From positions 62,001 through 126,000 of the forward strand of contig NW_026250423.1 of NCBI RefSeq assembly GCF_024521635.1: a DNA stretch of 64,000 nt. Reading direction: 5' to 3'. Below are positions 37,975 through 51,600 of the stretch, in pieces (position 1 is the first letter of the stretch; every line of letters starts with the position of its first letter). The notes under the pieces are model-generated. The model saw only the letters and a list, made by a program, of their open reading frames with translations. It was not told where the DNA came from and did not search any database. The translations under genes and the position numbers were made by a program. This DNA is from Tricharina praecox (taxonomy: Eukaryota).

Positions 37975-38031
37975 TCCCCCGCCTCATCCCACGCCTCATT
38001 CCACGCCTCATCCCACGCCTGATCCCACGCC
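37975..38031. repeat. 12-bp minisatellite (CCCACGCCTCAT)-like, about 5 copies
   Basis: Read directly; gives the IPRL repeat in the ORF track. Confidence 0.9.
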
Positions 38032-39247
38032 TTATCGTGGGAAAAAAGGAGTCGGGTTCTCGGGACGCGATGAGACATTTGCCAGGTCCAATCGGGCTCG
38101 ATGCGACGAGTCGTCGGGTCGGTCTGGTGCATCACAGCAGAGGACAGGGACCTTTTGCTTTGCGAGTGTGAGTACCGTCTCTCGTCCCCCGTCCCCCGTC
38201 CCTCCCCCCCCATGCAGAAGTCGTCTCGTCTCGTCTTGTCTCGTCTGCTCCTGTCGGGTTCGGATTCGTCACATATCGTCAAGGAGGGCTCGGACTTGTC
38301 TTGGAGCGGGTATGTACAGTACTCTACAGTACAGTACTGATACGATACTCTATGTTCCTTCCTTCCTTCCTGCCGTGTTCTCTCCCGTATGTACGTGCCA
38401 GGTTCCTCCTCGTCACTTCACGAGTGGCAAAAGCACACGCCTCCCCGTGCACTCATCTCGTCCTCCCCTCGCCCTCGCCCTCGTCCTCGTCCTCCCTAAC
38501 TGCCTCCTTCTCTTTCCGACAGAGTGCAACCCCCCTTCCATCGTGATCAATCCCTAGAACGACGGATGGACAGACGGGTAGCAGCTTCTCGCTCAAGCAA
38601 GCACGTTTGTCGTTGTTGTCGTCGTTGTCGTTTGTTGCTGTTGCTGTTGTACCGGCGACGATTCAAGATTGTGGCGCCATTTCGACAGGAACGGCTCGAC
38701 GGGGGGAGGGAGAGATGAGCGGCGGCGGCGCAAGGTTCTTGGTGTGTAGAGTATGTGCAATACATGGACCATTGGATTGGGTGTCACTTCTGGAATATCT
38801 ACTTGCTTGCTTGCTTATGTGCAGTACATGGAGTACATATAACCGAGAAGTGTGCACATCTTATTGTTGCGCCGTGACGAGGCGAGGGAGGGATGCTGTG
38901 TACGAGGATGTAGATATGTACATGAAGTACGGGTATCGCAATGTACTGCACCAGAGTACATACTGTATGTAGGCACATCGACTGTAGGTACATCACCTCG
39001 ACTCGCCCGACTCCGCAGGAGATCGATTACCATTCGCCACTGCCATTCGCCATTCGCCATCGACTTGCCCTCGTCCTCACCCTCACCCTCGTCCTCACCC
39101 TCGCCATCGGAATCGCAATCGCCATCGCAATCGCCATGACCGGCCGGAAAAGTGCAGAAGTATGTGCAGAAAGAAGGAAGGGATGGGGGATGGGGGATGG
39201 GGGATGGGGGATGGGTATGATCATGATAACGATAGATCAGCACAGGA

Positions 39248-39381
39248 AGCAGCAAGCAGCAAGCAAGCAGCAAGCAAGCAGCAAGCAAGCAGCAAGCAAG
39301 CAGCAAGCAAGCAGCAAGCAAGCAGCAAGCAAGCAGCAAGCAAGCAGCAAGCAAGCAGCAAGCAGCAGCAAGCAGCAAGCA
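39248..39381. repeat. 11-bp minisatellite (AGCAAGCAAGC)n, about 10 copies
   Basis: Read directly; gives the QQASSKQAASK repeats in the ORF track. Confidence 0.95.
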
Positions 39382-42300
39382 AGGTGGATCCCAATGGATC
39401 CCAACATAGAGTAGGTACGGTACGGGAATAGACATCCCCACCACCGTCCCCATCCCCAGCCTTCGTCCCCAATGCCCATCCTCGAGCGGTGGCGGAGGGC
39501 GCGGCACCCAGTGCACCCACGGGGGGGGCAGAAACGACCTCGGGTCACGCACTACCACTGCCACAACCACTACCGCTAGAGTAAATACCAGTAGAGTGGT
39601 CGAGGTTAACTACTCTGGTGAGTGCAAGAAGCGGGGGCCGTTTCTCGTTTCACACCCCCCACCACCCTCGTGCGCTTCTCGAGGATGTGCAGTGTGCGCA
39701 GCCTCGCGCTTAAAAGAGAAGCCGCAGACGAGAAACGAGAAACGAGAGGGAGTGGCGGGGGCTGGGGCTGGGGCTGGGCCGCTGCTGGGGTGGGGTGGGG
39801 TGGGGTTCGTGGGATAGATAGGTGGTTTCGTGGGTCACATATGCGCGGGCCGTGGGCGTGGGCTGCTGCTCACAATGTGCACCTGTGTGCTCAGTGAAGT
39901 GCTCAGTGCTCAGTGAACAGTAATAACTTGGCGGCGGCGTGCTCACTGCTGAGCGGGCTGGGCGGGTGTGCGAAGGCATAGGTACATGGCCAAGAGTAGC
40001 ATGTGCTGACGTCGTGGGGGGAGGTGATAACAGGAGAGCGGGAGCTCGAGAGGCGAAGAAGCACAGAAGAAGAAACAACACTCGCCGCCCGCGGCAGGCG
40101 TGATGATTGAATGATCTGCAACGCAACGGCTCGAAATCAATCTCCATACTCTATCATACCCTACATAGAGTCTAGGTATACGGGCCAGAAGAAGCAAAGA
40201 AAACCCACCCACTGCACCCACCACCCACGCACCCACCACCCACGCACCCACCGCCCACTCACACTCACACCCACCGCCCACTCACACTCACACCCACGCG
40301 CACCCGCGTAGTTCCGTCTGCGCCAACCAACTACTCCAACTACTCCAACTAGAGTAACAGCTCAGCGAGCCAGTGGCATGTACCGTAGTTGCTCATGTAA
40401 GTAAGTACGGTGGTATCCACCAGGCTACTCTACTACTGACTATATACGGTACGGTACTAGGGATGCTCGACTCGTGGTGTGAATGATGGGATGGGTGATG
40501 GGTCCAACAACACCCCACCCACAGCATGTGGCTCTGCTTCCCTGTCGGATGCATTCTTTATGCCACACTCATGCTTTTCTTTGAGCGCAGCGACTGGATG
40601 ATTGAATGAATGAATGAATGATCGACCGAACGAACGACCGAGCGACTGAACGAGCGACTGAACGACTGAACGACCGCTCATCTGGAGTACGGTAGTTACC
40701 TACACATGGGCGAACAGACGCTGCGCACACTCTCATACACTCTCACTGCGGCTGGAGCTGCGACTGGAGCTGCGACTGGATCAATCATCCAGAACCGGTG
40801 CCGCTCCTCCCATCCTCCATTTTCGTACTCCAGAGTCCATAGGTAGAGTACTCTAATTACTCCGCTCAGCCCCGACCCGCGAGCAATAACGCGAGCAATA
40901 CCTAATTACCCGCGGCTGCGGGAGGGACGGAGGGAGGGAGGGCTCAGGAGGGCTCATCACATAACGTCGCATCGCGCGGCCACGGCCGCCGCTCGGTGCC
41001 ATAGTAACTACACCCAGGCGCATTCGAGCGGGATTGCGCGAGTTGCGAGGTGCTGGCGGCTGGGCGGCGGGTGGGTCGAGGGCTTTGGGTTGAGAGCGTT
41101 TGGGGGTCTTCTACGGTGCCTAACAAATGCAATGATTGAACAAAAACAAAGCACAAAACAAGACAGAAAACAAAAAACAAAAAATCGACTCACTGACCAC
41201 TGGCGACTGACCACTGACCAGACGAACGATGACGACGACGACCAACTGACGACGACGACCGACCAACAACGGTACTTAGCTGCGGCTGAACCTTCAACCG
41301 CGTGCAGCAAAGAGAAGGGGAGGAAGAGAAGGGGAGGAAGAGAAGGGAAGAAAGGGTCTGCTGTTGTATGGTATGGTATGTACCGGTGGAAACAACTAAC
41401 CAAGAACTGACCAAGAACTAACCAAGAACTGGCCATAAAAGTGTAGGTGTATGGTAGTTACCGTATGATGGTATGACGGTATGATACTACTCTAGTATGG
41501 TATGATGTGTTATGGTACTTCCCGAGTCTGCACTGTGCAGACTTTTAGAAATACTACTATTATACTTGTGTCTGTATAATACATACCATGATGCAGATAC
41601 TTCTGTAACTACACTTCTTATGTAGACATGTAACTTCACTTCTCATGTATGTACCGGTACTTCCCAGTATAGGTATTATAGGTACGCGGGCGGCAGATGA
41701 ACGAGCTGGCGTCTGGAGGCTGGATAATGGACAGTCACCAGTGGATAGGTAGTGCTGAGTGGACAATCGACCGTGCTGAGTGGACAGTCACCAGTCGCCA
41801 GTTACCAGTCACCAGTAACTAGTCACTAGTGAACAGACTCACAGACCCCGGAGCAGGAAACGAAACCGAAACCTCCGCAATCCTGCCACGAAAACCGGTA
41901 CCGTCCACACCGTCCACACCGTCCACACCGTCTATACCGTCCAAACCTACAACGGATAATTCGAGGTTTTGCACAGTGGTATTCAAGCTGCGAGCAAGAG
42001 CAAAAAGCGCTCTCGTTACAACTTATAATAGAGTGAGGAGCAGGATCAAAAATAATACACGCAATTCATCAACATCATGAGGTCCATCAATACAAAACAA
42101 AGAGTACAGGAGTAAAACGAATGAAGAAAAGGAAAGAAGAAAAAAACAGACAGAAGAAAACGACAATGCAGCAGGGTAAATGAGCTGGTCTGGCGGGAGG
42201 GTCCCATGAGCGTAGGTAAGTACATTAGGTAGGCAGGCAGGTAGATGGGGCCAAAGTGTGAATGCATTCGACCGACCGACCGACCGACCCGACCGACCTA

Positions 42301-42855
42301 AAGGACCTCCATCCCGACCGACGACCTTCTCCGTTCTTTTCCAAACCATCCCACAAGAGTAGAGCAACCGCACGGAAAAGAAACACAACCTCAAAGCTAA
42401 ACGAACGTAGCATGGAACAAGTAATAAGCATCATGAATAATAAAACGAAAAAACGAAAAACTGAATAAAGAAATCCACGTGGAACGACAACGCCGGGATG
42501 CACGCCCATTGGATCCATCGAATTGGTTGGTAACCGTGGCTGGAGTCGCGACAGATCGACATGATAACATAACTGCCTCTGTCACAAACTCGGCCAACGG
42601 CTTCCTTCGATGAACCATCCGTGACTTTGAAGCCCCCCGCCTCCGTCCCATTCCACACACCCTCCTTCACCTTCCCATTCCCCTTCTCCTCCTCCCCGCA
42701 AGGTATATCCCCCGCTAAACCCCCCGAAAAAGAACGAAGCCTTACAAAATTATGCCAACGCAAAACACAATCATCATCGCACACGCAAACAAAAGGAAAC
42801 GCCACTCGCCAACCAATTCGGAATTCATGACTACTTCGACCGTCGCGGGGGTATA

Positions 42856-44099
42856 TTAGGCGGCGGACAACGAGGTCTGTTTCAGACGATCGTTGAGGCG
42901 TTGCACTTCGGAGTCGGTCGGCTTGTACTTGGGCTTCTTGGGACTGTAGCTTGCGTCAGTAAATTGTAGGATAACCTTGCAAATATAAAGGAAACTTACG
43001 GGTCTCTAACACCCGTGTCATCCCGATTGGAGCCACATCCACCACAAAGCTTCGTCTTTTCTATGAAAGTAGCCTGGCAGTTGTTGCAAGTCCAGTGCAC
43101 ACGGCGACGGGGCTTCTTGTAGGTCCGGCGTGGCGGGGCGGGATAATCCGGCTCCGAATCGGTAGGGTCGTTCTTTCCGTAGTCCTTTCCACCCTTGGGA
43201 GATCTGTTGAAAGAAAATAATATTAGACACTGGCTGGTATTGACAGGAGTAAATGGAGGGAATGCATACGGATGACGAGGACACTTCTTGCAACGGTTGT
43301 GCTTGCACTTGCCGCAGACCTTCTCGGAAGCGAAGTCGGTATCGCAACGATGGCACTTGCGATGGACGCGTTGACGAACTTCCTTGCGGACCAGATCCTG
43401 TCCGCCCCTCCTGCCCGGGATGGTGATACCATAGGCGATGTCACCCTTGCGCTTCTTATAGCCAGGGGCGATGCCAGTCTTGGTAGTGACCTTCTCCTTG
43501 CCCTTGTCCTTCGACTTCTTGAGCGGGTGTCGGGGGCACTTCTTGCACCGCTTGTGACCGCACTCGAGGCAGGTCTTGTCGGCACCGTAGGGCGTCTCGC
43601 ACTTGTGGCAGCTGCGATGGACGCGCATGCGGATGTCCTTCTGGACACGGTCCGACTGGGGCGTCGTGGAAAGGGGCAAGTCAGTCGACTTGACGTCGAG
43701 GCCGTGCTTCTTGAACAGGGCCTGAGCACGCTCAGCGGCGCTCATGACGGGAGGAGGGGAGGTGGGGTTCTTGGGAGGGCGGTAAGGCTTGTGGGCGGGC
43801 TTGTGGGCGGGCTTCTCGGTGAGCCTGGTGGGAGCGGGGCTGTGAAGAGCTGTTAGCGAAGTGTTCATCCCATCTCGTGTCTCAACATACGTAGACGCCA
43901 ACACAACGGGAGCAGCAGTAGTGGCAGTAACAGCAGCGGAAGAAGACGCAACAATCGGAGACTGCGGCTCGGAGGCGATCATGGAACCCGAGGACTTATT
44001 GGACTTCGAGGAGGTGTAGCTCATGACACGCTTGATGGAGGTGGTCAGACGTCTACGAATAGACGTCGACTTTTCGGATCTCCCTTCATCTCCAGCCAT
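42856..44099 (-). CDS. Conserved-looking fungal hypothetical protein with three Cys/His zinc-ribbon-like repeats; exons 44099-43891, 43839-43270, 43203-43000, 42943-42856
   Basis: Repeats RVHRSCHKC..C..CGHKRCKKCPRHP, RVHRKCHRC..C..CKHNRCKKCPRHP and RVHWTCNNC..C..CGSNR. It has canonical introns and strong codon bias, and ends ...EVQRLNDRLKQTSLSAA*. Confidence 0.88.
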
Positions 44100-45109
44100 T
44101 TTTGGTGAAGCCTTTGATTGTTTGGTGGACGGAACCGAGACTCGAAGGATGGGATTCGTTGGCTATGCGAGCTACAAGTGGTGGGGGGTGGAGGGTTTAT
44201 GTATTGGATGGGCGGAGCGATTGAATGCTGGCAGTCGAGCGAGCAATTGGGGGGGGGGGGGGGTGTGGGAGAGTGAGTGTGGTCCAACGATAGTAGGCGA
44301 GGTGCTATGGGGTAGTAGTGGTAGTTTGTTGTTGTTGTTGTCGGGACAGAAAGTTTGGCGCGTACCAGGGAGCGGGTAGCTAGTAGGTGGTGGTAATGGA
44401 GGGATGAACCAGTGAACTTGTCTCCTTCACTTTTATTCACTCGTCGGGGTGTAATTGACGAGATGTTGCTGAGGTGTGCGGGGGGAACTCAGGTTGCGGG
44501 TGGGGAGAAGGAAGGGACAAGAAATAGAGGGCGGATCTGGGGTTTTGTTGTTATGGGCGAACCGTAGAGCAATCCATTGTGCTGGGATGGGGGGATGGGG
44601 GGGTGTGTGTTTTTTTTTGGGGTCGGGGGGGGGGTGTGGGTGGGTCGTGTGGGAGGGAGGATGGGGAAGGCGGGTGTGTATGGGATAGGTATGGTACGGG
44701 CTGGTCCGGGGGGGGGGGGGGGGAGTGAGTGGTGTGTGTGGGCCAGCCAGCAGCAACCAAGCAAAGCAGAGCAAGCAGAGCAAGCAAAGCAGAGCAAAGC
44801 AGAGCAGAGCAGGCAAAGCAAAGCGACGCACACCAAGAGAGAGAGAGAGTGCACACACACCACGCTATCACGTTTGGAATTTGGACTGGCCGATACGGTG
44901 GGCAGCCAAACTAACAGGCCCGGCCAGCATGGTACTCGCGACAAGGGGCATTCTACGCAGATGTGCGACGGTTACGGAGAGCGGGATGGCGGGACTCGAG
45001 GCAATGGGGAATTGGCTCCAGCAACACGCCTGCGACTTGCATTGGAGAAAGAAGGACGAGCCAGCCAACCCATTGCGGTGAGGACTGCAAGCGAGGCGGC
45101 CGGAGACGA

Positions 45110-45217
45110 GACGAGACGCGATGGAACATGGGCGGGAAGGGAATAGCTGCGGTGAGGACGAGGCGCGATGGAACATGGGCGGGAAGGGAATAGCTGTGGT
45201 GAGGACGAGGCGCGATG
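45110..45217. repeat. 47-bp tandem repeat, about 2.3 copies
   Basis: GACGAG.CGCGATGGAACATGGGCGGGAAGGGAATAGCTG.GGTGAG at 45110 and 45157, partial at 45204. Confidence 0.92.
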
Positions 45218-47042
45218 CTGCTAGTAGCTGTTCTTCTCGGCGACGAGACGCGATAGAACATCGGCTGGAATAGTGGGCAGAACTATAGCATGAAGCGGTT
45301 CTTCTCAGTGACGCTTCGCTACACGGCTCTATTCTCCTCCGCCTCTTGCGCGGTCTCATGATGATCACCGTGATTCGCATGGAACAATCACACTCTCTAC
45401 TTTACTAGTCGCGCGCTGCAAACGCAGTACCACCCAAAAGAAGGGGGGCGGGGCCGACGAAGAAACAAAAGTGCCTTCGAAGGCGTTCAGGGAACAACCA
45501 CGTTCGCGAGCCGCTCGTCGTCCTGCTCGTCGTCCTGCTCGTCGTCCTGCTCGTCGTCCTGCTCGTCGTCCTCCTTCTCATCGTCCTCCTGCTCGTCCTC
45601 CTGCTCGTCCTCCTTCTGTTCCCGCTGCTCGTCCTCCTCCTGCTCCTCCCTCTCCTCGTGCGGGTACGTACCCGTGGTACTTTAATTCACAGACCGTTCC
45701 CGCCCGAGTCCTCAATAAGCAAACAGGTGCCTACTCTAGCTAAGTAAGAGAGTCGTCGGCTCGTCGGCTGGCTCCCATCACGCTCGAGACATGCTGCTTG
45801 TGGGCTGGCTCTGATGATGCCACCCCTCCCCCGTGCTACTTACATGTGTTTCTCCTCCATCGGGCATGTACACTCCCGCTACGCCACGGTAGGGTATGTG
45901 CTCCTCTACCGTATGTAGAATCCGAGTCTCCAGATTCTCGACGCAGCTGTGGATCCTTCTGGGAAGTAGAGTAGAATAGACTACTCTACATACACATCCT
46001 CACGATCCCCACTGCTGCTGCTGCTCCACTGCTCGACTCCGCTCCGCTCCTTCGTCGTTCGAACGAAGCCAGCCAGCCAGCCACGAAGCCAGCCATTCGA
46101 GAATCGAGACCCACACACGCGGTGGCATGACCCCCCACAAGATTAATTACACGCCTGCTCGGTTCCTGGATCCGGGGCCCAAAGTGTTCGCTACGTACTA
46201 TGTCCGTGTGGCTCAGCAGGGCAGCCAAGCCGCCGGCACTCCCCGTGGCCAGTGGCAATCGACTTCCGCAGCCTCTACTTCCATCGTCCCGCAGAGTTGG
46301 TTGCATGTTGGATATCGTAGAAATCCAGATATCCACTTTTGTGACTTGTCCTACCGCGCTCGTGCTGCGAGGACGGCACTGCATACCCTAGAGTCTAGAG
46401 TATCTCAGTATCATCGTGGAATTACGGTGGAATCTTGCGTTCGTCGCCCTCCCCAGTCCCAGTCCCAGTCCCCTTTTCCGAGGAAACCAATGTGCAGAAC
46501 GGCCGCCACAGGCCCACAGAAACAAGAACGTGCTCGAAGCTCGAATTTAAACTCCCACCTACCTGGCATCTACCACACTGCGCAGCGATTGTGCAAAAAA
46601 AAAGATTCTCTCTCTCTCTTCCCTTGAATCGATTACACAAAGCTCCACAAAGCTCCACAAAGCTCCACAAACCATTGCACAACATCAAGGCCGCGAATAC
46701 TCTATTGCACTCGCAGAACCCGGCGGTTCAGCTCCACAGCCCATATATGCATAGCATCAGACATCCTCGGTGCAGATCGATATCGATATCCCGACGTCTT
46801 AGAGAAGATGATGATGATGCCGATGATGCCGATGATGCCGATGATGCTGATGAGAGATGGGATATGCACATGAACAGCCCTCGACGGTCGCAGCGTCAGC
46901 ACCGGCGACGGGGAAGGAAGTCGGTGCAAGTTGCACCTATTCCCACAGTCCCACTCAAAGCAGCACGTTGACGATCTCATGGAGTCGTGCTGGGACTGTT
47001 GGGCGTTTACGTTTATGCACTGGAACTCCATGCTGTGGCGCC

Positions 47043-47144
47043 GACTCCATGCTCTGGGATTCTATGCTCTAGGACTCCATGCTCTGGGATTCTATGCTCT
47101 AGGACTCCATGCTCTGGGATTCTATGCTCTAGGACTCCATGCTC
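47043..47144. repeat. 30-bp minisatellite, about 3.4 copies, itself a dimer of two related 15-mers
   Basis: GACTCCATGCTCTGGGATTCTATGCTCTAG at 47043, 47073 and 47103. Confidence 0.95.
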
Positions 47145-48565
47145 CTAGAACTCCATCTGCCGACCCCATGTGAGGAGGAGGAGCACTCCCGGAGGAGCAG
47201 TTCTTGCCCATCAACCAGCGGCCAGCCCAGTCTGAAACTGGAGACTCGGTAACACTCGAGGGCTCATCCTTCCCCCACTTTTACCCTTATACCCTTATAC
47301 GCTTAACTACATACACGCAGGTGAAGATGAAGACTGAATGCGGTCCCGATGAACCCACTCGGGGGGATGGGGGTGAGGGGTGAGGGGTGAGGGGTGAGGG
47401 GTGAGAGTATGGGGGGAGAACGACCATCAAGAAGTCGCACATATCCGCCCACCAACCGGATCATACTATACACGCGGAACTGGATGGGGATGGGGATGGG
47501 ACATCAACCATAGAACTCATCGAACTCTACCGGCGGTGCGGTGAGTACAGCTCGAAGGTTCGAGAGTGGTGTGAGGTTGCTCAAAAACTCCCAGGCTCCC
47601 CGTGCACACCTACAGTGTACACCTAGGTACACCCTCAACCACAGATACCGGTACGGCGGTACTGCGGTACATCCCTCGTGGTTTGGTTTGGTTTGGTTTG
47701 ACGATATGTACTCAAACAGACAGGATGATCCTGTATGTCCCCTCCCAGTCGAGCTTTCATTTTCCGGTGAGTTTCATCGTCCGCTCCTATTTGGCGTATA
47801 TAGGACCTAGGTGGGCGAGTAGGTAGGTACGCCGATTCTAGATAGTTTTCCCATCCAAAAATACATACCGACCCAACGACGAGCCACGGCTAACCAGTTA
47901 CCAACCTGCAGCCTCCCAATTGGTTCGAAGCCCTTGAGGCTTAGCCCCTACATATGTGCATACTCTACTTGCTCTACATACTTGCTTGGATGCCTGGGTG
48001 CTTCGTTAACGGTTATCCATGATCTATCGTCCGCAGGCAGTCAGAGCAGCAGTGAAGCATGGCATGGTCTGTCCCGATGGGCCTCGAACGGCTTGGATAG
48101 ATGCAAAATACAAAAACGCCATCCCGGACTTGGATGTGCTCGCCTTACCCCGAGTCGTTGACCAGCATGTGATGGACCGAACGGCTGCTAGAGAAGGGTG
48201 TTAGCGGATCCATATTTCGAGCGGGAACTACTGGAATTGTTGTTGTGGTGGTGGTGATGGGGTTCGGGGCTATCGGTTTCGGGGGCTGTGTATGGTAATA
48301 ATGGGACAGGTCATCGAATATGGAGGATAAGAGGATGAAGATGATGAAGATTATGTCTAGATGATGTCTATACGATTATGAAACAGTGCTACGACCGTAG
48401 GAATACCATATACGCAGGCCTGAAGGATCTACCTATGTACATACTTGAACCTCAGCTCGTTGTATGTACGATATGTACGATATGTACGATATGTATGATA
48501 CCCATCTCCACGTACCCGCACCCGCGAATGCTCTTTCTGTTCCTCACGTCTGACCGAGACCACCC

Positions 48566-48657
48566 ACCCATCCATCTATCCATCCATCCATCCATCCACC
48601 CATCCATCCATCCACCCATCCATCCATCCACCCATCCATCCATCCACCCATCCATCC
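48566..48657. repeat. (CCAT)n microsatellite
   Basis: Read directly. Confidence 0.92.
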
Positions 48658-51600
48658 AGACGATCTATGTATGATATGTACTCTACATATGTGCTCTACA
48701 GTACCTACCAGTACATACATGGCCAGCAGTACGCTAGACAGGCTCGGTTCACTGCCGAAGCACCGGCACTTGCCGTCCGGGCCCGATCCGACTCGCGAAA
48801 CCGTCAAGAAAACGGATTACGGTAATCTCCTCGCCGCCGGTGCCGCTGCCGATTCGTTGCCTGTCTGCCGGTACGTACAAGGTGTACGTGGAAGGCGAGA
48901 CACGGTTAATTGTCGGTCGGGCATCTACGATGGTTGTAGGCGAGCAGAGAAGAATAGAGAAGAGTATACCTACCATGTATCTACTGTATTGTCAAGGGGG
49001 TGTAAAAAACTGGTAGTTCTACCTATCTTCAAGAGAATGGCGGTGATACCTCCGAAACTCCGACATCGATATGCGTCCAGCAAGAACCAACGTTTTCATT
49101 ATATATCCCCCCTTGAACTATATAGCACAGGACGGTACTATAGTTACCGGTATGTACCGGTATGTACCGGCGGCTCGCTTCGCACTGCGCAGGCGTGGGC
49201 GGTCCCCCCACACTGGGAACGCCGAATGCGTTAGGACTCCAGTCATTCACTCGACTCGACGAGGGCGTGCGAAAAAGGGTTTGAAGGGTTTGCAGTACGC
49301 TGCAGTATGCACAAGTAGGTGTGTGCAACGCAGAGCGTAGAAGAATCTTCAGTCACCAGTCGGTACATACTTTGGGGGCGGACGATAGGTTCGTCCTCGT
49401 CCTCGTCCTCGTTGGCACCATCCACCCTCGCAGTAACGCAGAAGGTAACGCAGCATGGGTTCAGTTGAGCACATATGATATGGGGGTACATATGTGAATA
49501 TCGTGGGCACTTGTCTGGGCACTGACCTACCGTAATCCGTCTGGACTGTGGCCTGTGGACTCTCCACTCTATCTAGCATCCGTGTGGGAGTTCTCTCTGG
49601 AACGTGAAGGACTTCTCCCTTTCCCCCGTCTCTTTCCCCCTCGTCCCCCCGTCTCCGCCCGCCTCGTCCCCCTGGTTGGGAGTTCTAACTTCTCGGTAGG
49701 GTGGGGGAGCGAAGCAAGCTACTGGTATAGTCTGGTAGAGTATGATGCTAGTAGTGCAAGGAATGCCCTGGGTTCGGCACGCCAGCCGGCCGGGTGGATG
49801 GAGGGCATCGTGACATATGCTGCGTCGTTGCGAGTCTGGGAATCGTCAGGAATTGAGACTACTACTACTGGGCTAACTACTGGTTACTGGGCTTCTAGAT
49901 GGTGCTATGGTGCTATGTATGGTATACTGCCACCTCGCCCGTCACTGTCACGGTAGAGTAGCGGTGGCGGCGACGATTCATGAAGAGTATTTACCGCTCT
50001 CTTGCAAGCAGCGCAAACCAAAGTAAAGCCAAGCAGAGCAGAGCGAAGCAAATCGGTGCAAAGTACATCGAATCAAAGCACATCGAAGCAAATCGAAGAA
50101 ATCGAAGAAATCGAAGCAAAGCAAACCGATGCAAAGCGGCAATTGTGCGCCAAAGCAGGTCGATGTCGATATAATCGCTCCACCGATGTAACGACATACC
50201 AAACTATGGTCCCGATAGGTTCCAGCAACACGGTCCGACTAGTTTTTACAGAGTAACCAAAGTGAGCAGAGTAAATACAGTAACCATAGCAAGCAGAGCG
50301 AGACTCGAGTACTCGCAACCCATATGGCAGTAGCTGTCGCCGGTCGGTCGGCAATTGCTGCGCTTTTATCGCCGAAATGAGAGCTCAGCCGCGGCATGTG
50401 ACGGATCAGGCGCACAGTCTGTATCTACTCCACCGCACAGTCTGGTGCGGTGCGGGTACTCTCCGTCTCAGTCGCTCATTCGTCGCGAGACGAGCCGGCA
50501 GCGGCAGCAGAGAAAGAGAGAGGATCGTGCCTCGACTTCTCCCCGGCGACGCCTGGCCTCCTGCTTACATGTACATGTACGTGTACCGGTAACCATCGTG
50601 TCGAGAAAGGTTCGGAGGAGAGGGACGAGGAGGAAAGCAAATCGAGACGGCGGGTTGCCAACTGTTGAGTGTTGACTGCGGTAGAGTTCACGGTCGCGTC
50701 GCATCGCATCGCATGCACAACGTGTCTTGCGTGCGTACCATACACACTCTAGGCAAGTCCTTGGTTGCTCTGCTTTACTTCACATCTACCGCGCACGGCC
50801 ATCCTTTTCGAAAAGTCTGTGCGCAAACGACCCTCCTCCTGTGCTCTCCAGTAGAGTACTACAGGATACCCCAGCGGGTTATTCCATAAACCAAAACAAA
50901 AGCAACAAAAGCAACGACGCTTAGCCGAAAGAAAAAAGAAAACCCCGAAAAAGAAAACGAAAACCCCCAAAACAAAGAAAAATCGTAGGACCACCAACCC
51001 GCCGCTGCCGCCAGCGAATTCCCGACCGCCCCACCGTACGTACGAATCTCCTGGCCCGGCAACAGCCGGGCAGCACGCCATAGTATGCCCCGTTTCATCC
51101 GCGTTTGTCGACGGAGCACCCGGGAACTCCAGTCTGGGACTGCCGCCGCTGAGCGCTTGACATGACACGCGGTGACGCGGGTGATGGCTGGTACATACGG
51201 TACTCGCATATTACATGGTCATGCCATTCTGCTTGTTTACCTCCCCTATGTAATAATAATTATTAGACTATGCTGGCCTTTAGCCAGTTGCTTACGGTAC
51301 ATACTGGCGAGTCGCGTCCGTCCGCCCGGCTTGTGGGCCGCCGCCGGCGCTGTGGTCCTTTGCTTGCTTGCCTGCCTGCCTGCCTGCCTCAGATTCTTAT
51401 CCGGACGTGGACACGGACACGGCTATGTGTCCTTGGGTAATCTGTACCGTGGTAGGTACCTGCCCAGGTCCCAGTGGCGGGTGCGGGCAAATACCCATGG
51501 ATAGGACTCCTACTCGAGACTCTGGAGAGGGAGAGGGAGAGGTACATAGAGGGAGAGAGGTGGGCAGTGGGCACTGGAAGGGGGGGGTGATCCTGTCGGA

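Noticed and set aside
38815..39570. Long ORFs with LLAACLL / QQASSK repeats
   Set aside because: Translations of the 11-bp minisatellite and adjacent simple repeats.
45110..47144. Direct repeats of 30-47 bp considered as a CRISPR-like array
   Set aside because: Units are contiguous without unique spacers, the context is eukaryotic and there are no cas genes.
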